Notes: a model not told the origin generated them from the letters alone. DNA of 64,000 nucleotides from an uncultured Alphaproteobacteria bacterium (GCA_964369315.1 CAYJEJ010000002.1:2747-66746); one strand, 5' to 3'; positions 34,952 to 44,586 are shown, counted from the stretch's first letter. A program made the numbers and translations.

Positions 34952-35267
34952 AAAAGTAAATGTTGATGAGGTTGTGTCTAAGGACGGCACCCCTTCTGTA
35001 AAAAAGAAAACTTCTACTAAAGTGAAAAAAGTTAGTGCTGTGAAGGTTGAGAAAACTTTGATTAAAAAAGTTGAGGAAAAATCTTGCTGTATTAAGGTGA
35101 TACAAACAAAGAGTTTTATAGGCAGAAAAGACAATCAGTTTTTTTCATTGAAAGCACTAGGTCTTGGTAAAATAGGAAGTACTCGGGTGTTATCTGATAG
35201 ACCAGAAATCAGAGGGCTTGTTAATCGTGTTAAGCATCTTGTAAAAGTGGAGAAGTTTGATGGATAG
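34944..35267 (+). CDS. rpmD: 50S ribosomal protein L30 with a ~47-aa Lys-rich N-terminal extension
   Basis: The C-terminal 58 aa, '[54 protein letters not shown]', form the L30 fold. The GTG at 34944 follows an in-frame TAA and a GGAGGT SD 8 nt upstream. An internal TTG about 39 codons in would give a conventional ~66-aa protein. Confidence 0.85.
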   Translation: MLKKVNVDEVVSKDGTPSVKKKTSTKVKKVSAVKVEKTLIKKVEEKSCCIKVIQTKSFIGRKDNQFFSLKALGLGKIGSTRVLSDRPEIRGLVNRVKHLVKVEKFDG

Positions 35268-35730
35268 TGTTTTTTGCCTGAATACTTTAATCCCTAGCCC
35301 TAGGTCTAATCCTAAGCGTAGGGGGCGTGGTATTGGCTCTGGGTTGGGTAAGACTTCAGGTTATGGTCATAAAGGTGGAAAAGCTAGGTCTGGTAGAGGG
35401 AAGGTCTGCTCTTTTGAAGGTGGTCAGATGCCTCTTTATAGAAGATTGCCCAAGAGAGGATTTAATTCTCTTTGTACTGATAAAGGATTAGCTTTTATTA
35501 ATGTTGGCGTTATTCAAACATTGATAGATTCTGGTAAAATTAATGAGAATTCTGTTCTGGACTTGCAGTCTTTAATTAATATCGGTGCTATTAAGTCTAG
35601 TTCTACAGTTTTGCGTGTTTTGGGAAGTGGCGACATAAGTAGTCCAGTTAATGTAGTAGCGGATCACTTTTCTGCGTCAGCTGTTTCAGCAATTGAACGT
35701 GTTGGTGGTAAAATTACTAAGGTTGGCTAA
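35260..35730 (+). CDS. rplO: 50S ribosomal protein L15
   Basis: 'RGRGIGSGLGKTSGYGHKGGKARSG' motif. SD GGAG lies 7 nt before the ATG at 35260. Confidence 0.94.
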   Translation: MDSVFCLNTLIPSPRSNPKRRGRGIGSGLGKTSGYGHKGGKARSGRGKVCSFEGGQMPLYRRLPKRGFNSLCTDKGLAFINVGVIQTLIDSGKINENSVLDLQSLINIGAIKSSSTVLRVLGSGDISSPVNVVADHFSASAVSAIERVGGKITKVG

Positions 35731-37073
35731 TGAACTCAAGCATTAAAGATGCTCGTTTACAGGGAATAAGTTGGGCTGCCTTTTCTCAAGCGACAGACTT
35801 GAAAAAGAGGCTTTTGTTTACTTTATTAGCGTTGTTAGTTTATAGATTAGGTACTTATATTCCTTTGCCTGGAATTAACCCTGAGATTATTTCTGAACTT
35901 GGTCGTAGGAATATGGGCGGTATTTTGGGCATGTTTGACATGTTTTCTGGTGGGGCACTTGGTCGTATGACCGTTTTTGCTTTGAACCTGATGCCATACA
36001 TATCTGCCAGCATAATAATTCAACTTTTTACAGTGATTTCACCGACCCTAGAGGCTTTGAAGAAAGAAGGAGAGGTCGGGCGTAGAAAAATTAATCAGTA
36101 TACAAGATATTTGACCGTGGCTATAGCGACACTTCAGGCGTATGGTATATCTATTGGTTTGATGAACATGGGTTCTGCTAGCGGGTCTATCACAACTATT
36201 GGTTGGCTTTTTCCGATTATAGCTGTCCCTACCTTGGTTGGGGGAACCTTGTTCTTGATGTGGGTTGGTGAACAGATAACGTCGAGAGGGATTGGCAACG
36301 GCTCTTCTTTGATAATTTTTGCTGGAATAGTCGCTAATTTGCCCAAAGCATTACTTAATGCTCTTGAATTGGGTAAAAGTGGTGCTTTATCTCCTAGTGT
36401 TATTTTGTTTTTTATATTTGTGGTTATTGCCGTGATTGCCTTGGTTGTCTTTGTTGAAAGGGCTCAAAGGAAAATAGTTGTGCATTACCCACAAAGGCAC
36501 GCTTCTATGGGTAAGGGGAATGTTGAGTCTTCTCACCTGCCATTGAAAATAAATACCGCAGGTGTGATTCCTCCGATATTTGCTAGTTCACTTTTGTTGC
36601 TCCCTGCGACTTTAGTGGGGCTTGGTGCTGGCACTGGTTCTGAGTGGGCACAGGCTTTGGCTAGATATTTGTCCCATGGTCACCCAGTATATATAACAAT
36701 ATATGTTGCTTTATTAATCTTTTTTTCGTTTTTCTATACTGCAATTGTGTTTAATCCAAATGAGGTTGCTGATAATTTAAGAAAATCTGGAGGATTCGTT
36801 CCAGGAATTCGCCCTGGTGAATATACCGCAAAGTATCTGTATTTTGTGCTTGAAAGGTTGACCGTTATTGGTGCGGTTTACTTGTCTTTTATATGCGTGT
36901 TGCCTGAGCTCTTGATTGCAAAGTTGGCAGTTCCATTTTTCTTTGGGGGAACGAATATCCTCATCGTTGTTAGTGTCACAATTGATACCATTAATCAAGT
37001 TTATACACATTTGTTGGCTCATCAATACAAGGGAGTGATACGTAAAGCACAATCCAGAGGAGTCTTGAAGTAA
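35730..37073 (+). CDS. secY: preprotein translocase subunit SecY
   Basis: 447-aa polytopic protein in the canonical spc operon position. Has 'GINPEII' and 'LNLMPYISASIIIQL'. TAATG overlaps at both ends. Confidence 0.96.
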   Translation: MNSSIKDARLQGISWAAFSQATDLKKRLLFTLLALLVYRLGTYIPLPGINPEIISELGRRNMGGILGMFDMFSGGALGRMTVFALNLMPYISASIIIQLFTVISPTLEALKKEGEVGRRKINQYTRYLTVAIATLQAYGISIGLMNMGSASGSITTIGWLFPIIAVPTLVGGTLFLMWVGEQITSRGIGNGSSLIIFAGIVANLPKALLNALELGKSGALSPSVILFFIFVVIAVIALVVFVERAQRKIVVHYPQRHASMGKGNVESSHLPLKINTAGVIPPIFASSLLLLPATLVGLGAGTGSEWAQALARYLSHGHPVYITIYVALLIFFSFFYTAIVFNPNEVADNLRKSGGFVPGIRPGEYTAKYLYFVLERLTVIGAVYLSFICVLPELLIAKLAVPFFFGGTNILIVVSVTIDTINQVYTHLLAHQYKGVIRKAQSRGVLK

Positions 37074-37738
37074 TGAATCAAGATGTTCGTTTGGTGGTTG
37101 CTGTTTTTGGTGCCCCTGGTTCTGGGAAAGGGACGCAATCGGGTCTTTTAGTCGAAAGATTGGGGTTTAAGCATTTTTCAGTTGGTGATTTGCTGAGAGC
37201 GGAGGTGGGCAAAAAAAGTGCTGTGGGGGAGGTTGCTCATTCCTATATGTCCGCCGGAAAACTTGTGCCGGATTATGTTATCAATGATGTTATTAAGGCG
37301 TATTTCTTGGGTTCAGAAGATAAAAGGGTGATTTTGGATGGTTTCCCAAGAACAAAAGCACAGGCCGAAGAATTAAGTATTTTACTTAAAATGTTTTATC
37401 AGTTTCGTTTTTGTGCTATAAATATTGAGGTTTCAGAAGAGCGACTTTTATCTCGCATATCTGGTCGTTTTATGTGCGGAGGATGTTCAACCATATTCAA
37501 TACGGAAGATTTTCCTGAAGGGTTTGAATGTCCAAAGTGTGGTTTTACGAAGAAAATAATGCGTAATGACGATAATAAGGATACTCTGACTACTAGAATT
37601 GTTGAATACAATGAAAATATAAAAGAAATTATTAACTTTTATAAAACTGATAATTCTGTTTATATGGTTGATGGTGATGCGAGTGTTGAAAAAGTCTATG
37701 AAGAAATAGACGGTGTTATAAAAAAGGTTTTGGGTTAA
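37073..37738 (+). CDS. adk: adenylate kinase (zinc-lid type)
   Basis: P-loop 'GAPGSGKGTQ'. The lid carries 'CGGC...CPKC'. Confidence 0.94.
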   Translation: MNQDVRLVVAVFGAPGSGKGTQSGLLVERLGFKHFSVGDLLRAEVGKKSAVGEVAHSYMSAGKLVPDYVINDVIKAYFLGSEDKRVILDGFPRTKAQAEELSILLKMFYQFRFCAINIEVSEERLLSRISGRFMCGGCSTIFNTEDFPEGFECPKCGFTKKIMRNDDNKDTLTTRIVEYNENIKEIINFYKTDNSVYMVDGDASVEKVYEEIDGVIKKVLG

Positions 37739-37760
37739 TTTGGTTTGAGAGGGTGATTTA

Positions 37761-38138
37761 GTGGTTCGTATAGCAGGTGTTGATTTACCTAGTAAGAAAC
37801 GTGTAGAGATTGCTTTGACCTATCTTTTTGGTATAGGTTTGACGAGGTCGAAGTATATTTGTAATAAGCTGGAGATTGATTCGAAGATGAGGGTTTTTCA
37901 GCTTAGTGAAGACCAAGTTTCTAAAATAAGAGGGGTTATTGATTCTGAGTTTCAAGTTGAGGGTGACTTGAGAAGAGGAATTTCTATGAATATCAAGAGA
38001 TTGATGGACCTTGGTTGTTATAGAGGACTTCGTCATAGAAAGAAATTACCTGTGCGTGGTCAAAGGACACATACTAATGCACGTACTAGAAAAGGTAAGG
38101 CAGTTGCAATTGCCGGTAAGAAAAAAGTAACTAAATAG
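37761..38138 (+). CDS. rpsM: 30S ribosomal protein S13
   Basis: '[25 protein letters not shown]' and '[24 protein letters not shown]'. GTG start. Confidence 0.95.
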   Translation: MVRIAGVDLPSKKRVEIALTYLFGIGLTRSKYICNKLEIDSKMRVFQLSEDQVSKIRGVIDSEFQVEGDLRRGISMNIKRLMDLGCYRGLRHRKKLPVRGQRTHTNARTRKGKAVAIAGKKKVTK

Positions 38139-38172
38139 TAGTTATTGCTTGAGTTTGTAAAAGGGGTTGAAT

Positions 38173-38565
38173 ATGGCTTATAAAGCCGCACAAAGTATTA
38201 AAAGAAAAGATAGAAAAAACATAGTTGCTGGCGTGGTGCACATAAATGCATCTTTTAATAATACTATGGTCACTGTTACTGATATGCGTGGAAACACTGT
38301 TGCTTGGTCTTCTGCTGGAAATGCCGGTTTTAAGGGGTCAAGAAAATCCACACCTTATGCCGCTCAGATGGCGGCTGAGAAAGTTGGCAATATTGCTAAA
38401 GAGCATGGCATAAAAACTTTGGATGTTGAGATTAGCGGGCCTGGTTCTGGTAGAGAGTCAGCTTTAAGGGCGTTGCAAGCTGTGGGCTTTGCTATTAATT
38501 CTATAAAGGATGTTACTCCTATCCCGCATAATGGTTGTCGACCACCTAAGCGTAGGCGGGTTTAA
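38173..38565 (+). CDS. rpsK: 30S ribosomal protein S11
   Basis: '[17 protein letters not shown]' and '[17 protein letters not shown]'. SD AAGGGG precedes the ATG at 38173. Confidence 0.95.
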   Translation: MAYKAAQSIKRKDRKNIVAGVVHINASFNNTMVTVTDMRGNTVAWSSAGNAGFKGSRKSTPYAAQMAAEKVGNIAKEHGIKTLDVEISGPGSGRESALRALQAVGFAINSIKDVTPIPHNGCRPPKRRRV

Positions 38566-38568
38566 GTT

Positions 38569-39606
38569 ATGGCTGGAGGTTTTGTGATGAAAAGGCATTG
38601 GCAGGAACTGATTCGCCCATATAAAATGCGTGCTGAGAACGGTGAACAAGAAAATGGGAATGTTGGGGTTGTTGTGGCTGAGCCGCTTGAACGTGGATTT
38701 GGATTAACCCTTGGAAATGCTTTAAGGCGGGTTTTGTTATCTTCGCTTTCTGGTAGTGCGATTTCTTCTATTAAAATAGATGGAGTTTTACACGAATTTT
38801 CTACGGTACGCGGCGTCATTGAAGACGTTACTGATATAGTGTTGAACGTCAAGACTATAGCTTTGAGAATGGGTGCAACCTCTGAGAAAAAAATTAGGTT
38901 ATCAGTAAAAGGTCCTTGTGTTGTGACCGCTGGCATGTTCGAGAACGACCATGATATTACTATATTAAATCCAGATCAATACATATGTACAGTAGACAAA
39001 GGAGAGAGCTTCTCGATGGAAGCAACTGTCTCATCTGGGAAGGGGTATGTGTCTGCTGCTGAAAACAGAGTTGAGGGTATGCCAATCGGCTGTATTGCCG
39101 TTGATTCTTTATATAGCCCTGTTAAAAGAGTGTCATATAAAGTTGAAAATGCCCGTGTTGGGCAGGTGACGGATTATGACAAGTTAACTATGAATGTTGA
39201 GACAAATGGTTCAGTATCCCCTGCAGATGCGGTTGCTATTGCTGCCAAAATTTTACAAGAACAGTTACAATGTTTCATTAATTTTGATGAGCCTCAGGTT
39301 GTTGAGGAACAGAAGTCAGAGCAGAGTGATTTGCCGTTTAATGCAAACTTGTTACGACGAGTTGAGGAACTTGAACTGTCTGTGAGGTCGATGAATTGTC
39401 TAAAAAGTGATAATATCATGTATATTGGCGATTTGGTTCACAGAAGTGAGACTGAAATGTTGAAGACACCAAATTTTGGTCGTAAATCTTTGAACGAGAT
39501 AAAGGATTTGCTCTCTCAAATGGGGTTGCATCTGGGGATGCAGGTTGATGGTTGGCCACCAGAGAATATTAATGAGATGGTCAAAAAAATGAATGATACT
39601 TTTTAA
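38569..39606 (+). CDS. rpoA: DNA-directed RNA polymerase subunit alpha
   Basis: '[18 protein letters not shown]' in the N-terminal domain. C-terminal domain '[23 protein letters not shown]'. Confidence 0.96.
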   Translation: MAGGFVMKRHWQELIRPYKMRAENGEQENGNVGVVVAEPLERGFGLTLGNALRRVLLSSLSGSAISSIKIDGVLHEFSTVRGVIEDVTDIVLNVKTIALRMGATSEKKIRLSVKGPCVVTAGMFENDHDITILNPDQYICTVDKGESFSMEATVSSGKGYVSAAENRVEGMPIGCIAVDSLYSPVKRVSYKVENARVGQVTDYDKLTMNVETNGSVSPADAVAIAAKILQEQLQCFINFDEPQVVEEQKSEQSDLPFNANLLRRVEELELSVRSMNCLKSDNIMYIGDLVHRSETEMLKTPNFGRKSLNEIKDLLSQMGLHLGMQVDGWPPENINEMVKKMNDTF

Positions 39607-39624
39607 TTTAGTTTAGGATTATTT

Positions 39625-40041
39625 ATGCGTCATGGTTTAAAGGGAAGGAAGTTTTATAGGACGGGTTCCCACAATAAAGCCTTAATTATGAATTTGGCTA
39701 GGTCGTTAGTTAAGTATGAACAGATAATAACCACTTTACCTAAAGCTAAGGAATTGAGACCTTTCATTGAAAGAATGATTACTTTGGGTAAAAAGGGTGG
39801 GTTGCATCGTCGCAGAAAGGTGATTTCAACTTTTGGTGAACAAGAGTTGGTTTCTAAGATAATGGATGTGTTCCCAACGAGGTATAGCGAGCGTACCGGC
39901 GGGTATTCTAGAATCATTCGTAATGGTTTTAGGCGGGGTGACAGAGCACCGATGGCTGTTATAGAGTTGGTCGATAGAGATGAATCTGCAAAAATTTTTA
40001 ACAAAGTTGATGCAGAGCCAAAGGAAGCACAGGCGAATTAG
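39625..40041 (+). CDS. rplQ: 50S ribosomal protein L17
   Basis: 'MRHGLKGRKFYRTGSHNKAL' and 'GGYSRI'. Last gene of the alpha operon. Confidence 0.95.
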   Translation: MRHGLKGRKFYRTGSHNKALIMNLARSLVKYEQIITTLPKAKELRPFIERMITLGKKGGLHRRRKVISTFGEQELVSKIMDVFPTRYSERTGGYSRIIRNGFRRGDRAPMAVIELVDRDESAKIFNKVDAEPKEAQAN

Positions 40042-40070
40042 TTAGAGTTTTTTTTATTAATCAAAATTAT

Positions 40071-40099
40071 AACCTAAGCATTTAGCTTAGGTTTTTTTT
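40071..40099 (+). terminator. rho-independent terminator of the alpha operon
   Basis: aacctaagc-attta-gcttaggtt (9-bp stem) followed by T6. Confidence 0.8.
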
Positions 40100-40191
40100 A
40101 TGCGTTATTAATAAAAATATTTATTTAGGGTTTTTTATCTAATATTTCTCGCATTTAGGCGACTATTTTAAGTTGGAGAACAGTAAAAAAA

Positions 40192-40220
40192 TTGACGAAA
40201 TAATTAAAAGGTGTTAAATT
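40192..40220 (+). promoter_or_regulatory. sigma70-type promoter candidate for the permease gene
   Basis: TTGACG (40192-40197), 17-nt spacer ending in TGt (extended -10), then TAAATT (40215-40220). Implies a leader of about 190 nt. Confidence 0.45.
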
Positions 40221-40415
40221 ACGAACCTGTAAGGTTTATGGTATGAAAATCTGATGAGTTATTCACCACATCTTTCTTTCAAATGCGTAAAATATGATTT
40301 TATCGTATTCGCCTTACATTCTCGATTTATTGGCTTATAGCCAATATCAAACTTAACCTCATTTCTAAAATTAACAATTACTTTTACTTTAATCTTATTA
40401 TTAAGGAATAAATAA

Positions 40416-41609
40416 ATGCGAAAGCAAATTAGAGCTATATTGCTTATAGCTGGAACGTGTATTGGTTGCGGTATGATAGCATTACCAATGACAATGGCAA
40501 AACTTGGAGTAATTCCAAGCATTGTAATTATGTTAAGTGTTTGGGCACTTACATATTACACATCATTAATGAGTGTTGAACTAAACCTACAAGTAGAGCA
40601 TGGGATGTCTTTGGGGGCGTTAGGAAGGTTTTTTTCTGGGAAATATGCTGAACTGATAGGTACAGTAAGTCTTAAGTTGTTATCTTATGCATTATTATCA
40701 GTATTTATATACGCGGGAGTATCAATAGCTCAGGAGTTGATTTATTCCTATTCTGGGTATAGTTATAGCAAACTTCTTATTACAACAGTTTCAATTGTAT
40801 TCATTTTTTTAATGCTTTTGTCACCGATAAAAACACTGAGCAAAGTTAACAGTTTTATGTTTGCGATTTTAATTAGTATTTTCCTGATTTTGATATGCGT
40901 TATTATTTTTTCAGTTGAGTTTACAAATATTCCATTTGTGGTCGATAGTTCTTTTTCAACAGTGATACCTGTTATATCCGTTGTTTTTACATCTTTTGGC
41001 TATCAAGTTGTCTTTCATACACTTAGGGACTATTGCGGACGAGATGCGAAAATACAAAAAAGGATTTTTTTATTTGGTAGTTTAATCCCGACTATTGTGT
41101 ATATTCTTTGGTCATGTGGGATATTGAGTGTTCTTTATAATTACGATATCAGTTTTTATAATGCAATGATTGACGGAAAAATAGATGTTGGGGATTTAAT
41201 CAGTAAACTTAGTCAAATTTCAGGTTTACCAAATTTTCAAATTCTTGTTTGGTGGTTATCGATATTTGCAGTATTAACTTCTATTTTAGGGGTTGGTATA
41301 GGCTTAGTGGATTCTTTGAACTCCATGTTGAAGAACAAAATTAAGCATTATACTAAGCGTAATATAGTTTCTGCTTTGATTACCGTTATCCCGCCATATT
41401 TAATTGTCGTTTTTGTGCCAAATGCATTTATAAAAATATTGGGTTTTGCTGGGGCGATATTAGTTGTGATTGCTATTTTTCTTCCGAGCTATTTATTACG
41501 AAAAGTAAAGCAAGAGAATTTTTATTGCAAAGAGCTAAAACACAAATGGTTGATACACATTTGCTTGATTGCAGGATTATTAATCATAATTACTGAATTT
41601 CTTAAATAA
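40416..41609 (+). CDS. aromatic amino acid permease (HAAAP / Trp_Tyr_perm family, TyrP/Mtr/TnaB-like)
   Basis: 397 aa with about 11 TM segments. N-terminal family motif 'LLIAGTCIGCGMIALPM'. SD AAGGA upstream. Markedly AT-rich: about 25-33% GC in lines counted by hand. Confidence 0.8.
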   Translation: MRKQIRAILLIAGTCIGCGMIALPMTMAKLGVIPSIVIMLSVWALTYYTSLMSVELNLQVEHGMSLGALGRFFSGKYAELIGTVSLKLLSYALLSVFIYAGVSIAQELIYSYSGYSYSKLLITTVSIVFIFLMLLSPIKTLSKVNSFMFAILISIFLILICVIIFSVEFTNIPFVVDSSFSTVIPVISVVFTSFGYQVVFHTLRDYCGRDAKIQKRIFLFGSLIPTIVYILWSCGILSVLYNYDISFYNAMIDGKIDVGDLISKLSQISGLPNFQILVWWLSIFAVLTSILGVGIGLVDSLNSMLKNKIKHYTKRNIVSALITVIPPYLIVVFVPNAFIKILGFAGAILVVIAIFLPSYLLRKVKQENFYCKELKHKWLIHICLIAGLLIIITEFLK

Positions 41610-41696
41610 AAATAGAAAATATAATAGGCAAATCATTAATAATTTTTATTGAAGTAGAATAGGCTTAACGCTTTCGTTTTTGTGCGAATGCTATGT

Positions 41697-42005
41697 TTAT
41701 TCTACTTTAATTTCTTTGCTAATATTGTTTATTTCCCTTTCGATATCTTTTCTGGTCACACTTAAAGAAGCTTGCTCAAAATCTTTTTTAATATAATCAA
41801 CTACCTTAGAAGTTTTTGGGTAAAGCAGGGAAAAGACTAGAATATTACGGATGTATTTTTGTTTGTTTTTGGATTGTAGTCCCAATTTAGTTGCTGCCCA
41901 AGTTGCGATGAGTTTATTTCTTTTCGCTAGTGTTAAAAAATTCAGCTCTAAAATTTTGGTTAGTCTGCGTTCATAAGAGTGTTTGTTATAAGAAAACATA
42001 GGCAT
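41697..42005 (-). CDS. DUF1476 protein (homologue of the alphaproteobacterial F1-ATPase inhibitor zeta subunit)
   Basis: 102 aa. 'YERRLTKILELNFLTLAKRNKLIATWAATKLGL' is colinear with Paracoccus zeta 'RERAHEAKFAHDAELNFKAEARRNRLLGEWAAGLLG' (recalled from memory). Confidence 0.65.
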   Translation of the reverse strand: MPMFSYNKHSYERRLTKILELNFLTLAKRNKLIATWAATKLGLQSKNKQKYIRNILVFSLLYPKTSKVVDYIKKDFEQASLSVTRKDIEREINNISKEIKVE

Positions 42006-42193
42006 AAGAATAAGTCCCTCAAAAATATAACCTACATATCTAATTATAACACTTTAATGAAAGAGAAAATAGATAAAATTTTATTATAATTTTATTTATC
42101 TGTGAATTGAGCATAAATTGAGCACAAAATAAACAAATAATCACTTGTGATTATGATAAGGATAAGACTTTGTTAAAAGCGATATAACCCTAA

Positions 42194-43696
42194 CTATGCC
42201 TGCTTAAGCCGTTGTTGTAGTGACCATATGTACTCATCATATGTTCCAGGGTAGAGAGTAATCTGACCCTTATCACTGACCTCGATGATTTTTTTGCTAA
42301 TAGACTTTACAAAAGAGCGGTCATGACTAACAACGATAAGCCCGCCAGAATATTCTCTCAGAGCCTGTGCGAGAGCCTCGGTAGTTTGAAAATCTAGGTG
42401 GTTGGTCGGCTCATCCAGTAATATACAGTTCACTTTTTTCAATAAAATGCACCCCAAAGCAACGCGGGATTTTTCTCCACCAGAAAGAACCTTGATTTTT
42501 TTGTTCATGTCGTCCTTGGTGAATAATAACGCTCCAGCCAGACCTTTTGCCTCCTGCTCGCTGACAGAAACGTCTTTGGCGGAACAAAACTCTTCCAAAA
42601 CAGTATGTTTTTCATTTAAATGATTGCAAACATGCTGACCATAATAAGCAATGCTTGCCTCATAACCCAGCTCAACAGAGCCTGAAATGAGCGGCAAATT
42701 GTTAGATAAGCTTTTTAATAAAGTCGTCTTTCCGCGACCATTCGCACCCGTGACAGCAATATGGTCGCCCTTGTTGACTACGAAATTAACATTTCTGAGC
42801 ACAACCTTCTCGCTTGAATAACCAAGGTTGGCGTTCTTCACGGTCAACAAAACTTTTCCGCAGTGTTTCGGTGGTGGAATTTTTATCTTCGCAAACACGG
42901 GCAGGGGCTTGACCTCGACAACCTCCATTTTGCTCAGTTGCTTTAAACGAGACTGTGCTTGCTTCGCCTTTGTCGCTTTCGCACCAAATCGTGCCACAAA
43001 GCTTAAGATTTGCTCACGTTTTTCTTTTATTCCCGCCGCATAAGATGCCAGCTGTTCACTCAAAAGTGCTTTTTGTTCAAAATAATCGTCCAAATTGCCA
43101 TTAAATTTGGTCGCCTCGCCATTTTCGATTTCTAAAATATGGTCGGTGGTATGCCTTAAGAACTCGCGGTCATGCGAAATGATTAAAAACGCACCAGAAA
43201 ACCCCTGTAAAAACCGCTCTAAAACCAATATAGTGTCAAGGTCGAGGTAATTGCTGGGTTCGTCCAAAAGCAAAAGGTCAGCCCGCTGTAAAGAAAGCCC
43301 CAATAACTTGCACCTCATTTTATATCCACCACTTAGGGTGGAAATGTCTTTCATTACAATTTCTTCATCCAAGCCAAACTCATGGCAAAGAGAAAAAACC
43401 TCCCACTCCATGCAACCAGAAGAACGGACAATATAATCCAACGCACTTTCAGATTCATGAAAATCATCATGCTGAGACAAACAGGCAATATGTAATTTGC
43501 TATATTTAGTTATCACGCCATCATCTGGCGTCTGCAAGCCCATGATAAGCTCAAAAAGAGTGGTCTTACCAGCACCATTTTGACCAATAACGCCAATATG
43601 CTCTTCTTCATTGACGGTAAAGTTGACGTCAGAGAACAGCTTTCTCGCACCAAAATTTTTACTAATATTTTTTAATTGCAACAGTGCAATCGTCAT
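42194..43696 (-). CDS. ABC-F family ATPase (two ABC cassettes, no TM domain)
   Basis: Walker A 'GQNGAGKTT' and 'GANGRGKTT'. Signature motifs 'LSGGYKMR' and 'LSGGEKSR'. A charged inter-domain linker. 500 aa. Confidence 0.88.
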   Translation of the reverse strand: MTIALLQLKNISKNFGARKLFSDVNFTVNEEEHIGVIGQNGAGKTTLFELIMGLQTPDDGVITKYSKLHIACLSQHDDFHESESALDYIVRSSGCMEWEVFSLCHEFGLDEEIVMKDISTLSGGYKMRCKLLGLSLQRADLLLLDEPSNYLDLDTILVLERFLQGFSGAFLIISHDREFLRHTTDHILEIENGEATKFNGNLDDYFEQKALLSEQLASYAAGIKEKREQILSFVARFGAKATKAKQAQSRLKQLSKMEVVEVKPLPVFAKIKIPPPKHCGKVLLTVKNANLGYSSEKVVLRNVNFVVNKGDHIAVTGANGRGKTTLLKSLSNNLPLISGSVELGYEASIAYYGQHVCNHLNEKHTVLEEFCSAKDVSVSEQEAKGLAGALLFTKDDMNKKIKVLSGGEKSRVALGCILLKKVNCILLDEPTNHLDFQTTEALAQALREYSGGLIVVSHDRSFVKSISKKIIEVSDKGQITLYPGTYDEYIWSLQQRLKQA

Positions 43697-43790
43697 CTTA
43701 ATTAATCCGAGATTATAATTATAGACTTATGAATATACAACGAAAAGACAAAAAACCCAAGAAGCCCGCAAAAAACCACCGCCAGAGCTT

Positions 43791-43815
43791 AAAAACACTT
43801 CATTAAAAAGAAGTG
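43791..43815 (-). terminator. weak hairpin plus T-run downstream of tRNA-Ala
   Basis: On the minus strand: cacttc-tttttaat-gaagtg followed by ttttt. Confidence 0.35.
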
Positions 43816-43843
43816 ACCTGACGCCTAGGTTCCAAACACACAT

Positions 43844-43919
43844 TGGTGGAGTCAAGGGGGTTCGAACCCCTGACCTCTACACTGCCAGTGTAGCGCTCTC
43901 CCAGCTGAGCTATGACCCC
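43844..43919 (-). tRNA. tRNA-Ala (anticodon GGC)
   Basis: The minus strand folds as a cloverleaf: GGGGTCA/TGACTCC acceptor with the G3:U70 alanine identity pair, anticodon loop CTGGCAG, T-loop TTCGAAC, and an encoded CCA. 76 nt. Confidence 0.93.
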
Positions 43920-43971
43920 AGTGCTCGCATCACACAAGCATTTAAATGAAATTATATTAAAAAAACCTAGC

Positions 43972-44586
43972 TTAACGAGAATAAAACTCGATAACCAAGT
44001 TGGGCTCCATCACAACAGGGTATGGCACGTCAACCAATTTCGGAGCACGAATAAACTTGCCCTTCATAGAACCGTGGTCAACCTCAACATAATCGGGCAC
44101 ATTTCGTTCGCCAGACTGAATAGCTTCCAAAACCACGGCATTAGCACGCATCTTTTCCACCAATTCAATCACATCACTGTCCTTTACGCGATAAGAAGGG
44201 ATGTTCACCCTGCGACCATTAACCTTGATGTGACCATGGTTTACGATTTGACGAGCAGAAAAAACAGTCGGTGCCAACTTCATCCGATAAACAACAGCAT
44301 CAAGACGACGCTCTAATAATGCGATAAGGTTTTCGCTGGTGTCCCCATGAAGACGCACAGCCTCTTGATATAGGTTACGAAACTGCTTTTCACCAATGCT
44401 CGCATAATAACCCTTCAACTTTTGCTTAGCCTTAAGCTGGATTGCATAATCAGTGGGCTTCTTGCGGTTTGCACCATGCTGACCTGGACCATACTCACGA
44501 CTGTTAACGGGGCTTTTCGCTCTCCCCCAAAGATTCACGCCCAAACGACGATCAATTTTATGCTTAGCTTGGATTCGCTTAGTCAT
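43972..44586 (-). CDS. rpsD: 30S ribosomal protein S4
   Basis: '[26 protein letters not shown]' is the conserved S4 start. The track ORF extends 14 codons upstream to 44628. Confidence 0.94.
   Translation of the reverse strand: MTKRIQAKHKIDRRLGVNLWGRAKSPVNSREYGPGQHGANRKKPTDYAIQLKAKQKLKGYYASIGEKQFRNLYQEAVRLHGDTSENLIALLERRLDAVVYRMKLAPTVFSARQIVNHGHIKVNGRRVNIPSYRVKDSDVIELVEKMRANAVVLEAIQSGERNVPDYVEVDHGSMKGKFIRAPKLVDVPYPVVMEPNLVIEFYSR

Noticed and set aside
40254-40340. 28-codon aromatic-rich small ORF (MSYSPHLSFKCVKYDFIVFALHSRFIGL) in the permease leader, considered as a possible Phe/Tyr attenuation leader peptide
   Set aside because: It has no SD and no run of consecutive aromatic codons. No terminator/antiterminator pair is evident, and ORFs of this size are expected by chance.
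40259-40522. 87-aa minus-strand ORF spanning the permease start
   Set aside because: Its N-terminal half is antisense to the conserved N-terminus of the permease. It has no SD and no recognisable motif, and it sits in AT-rich sequence.
42194-43919. Genomic island integrated at the 3' end of tRNA-Ala (ABC-F plus the AT-rich islet)
   Set aside because: There is no integrase and no direct repeat of the tRNA 3' end that I could find. The ABC-F gene has core-like composition, so only the 40.0-42.2 kb part is compositionally odd.
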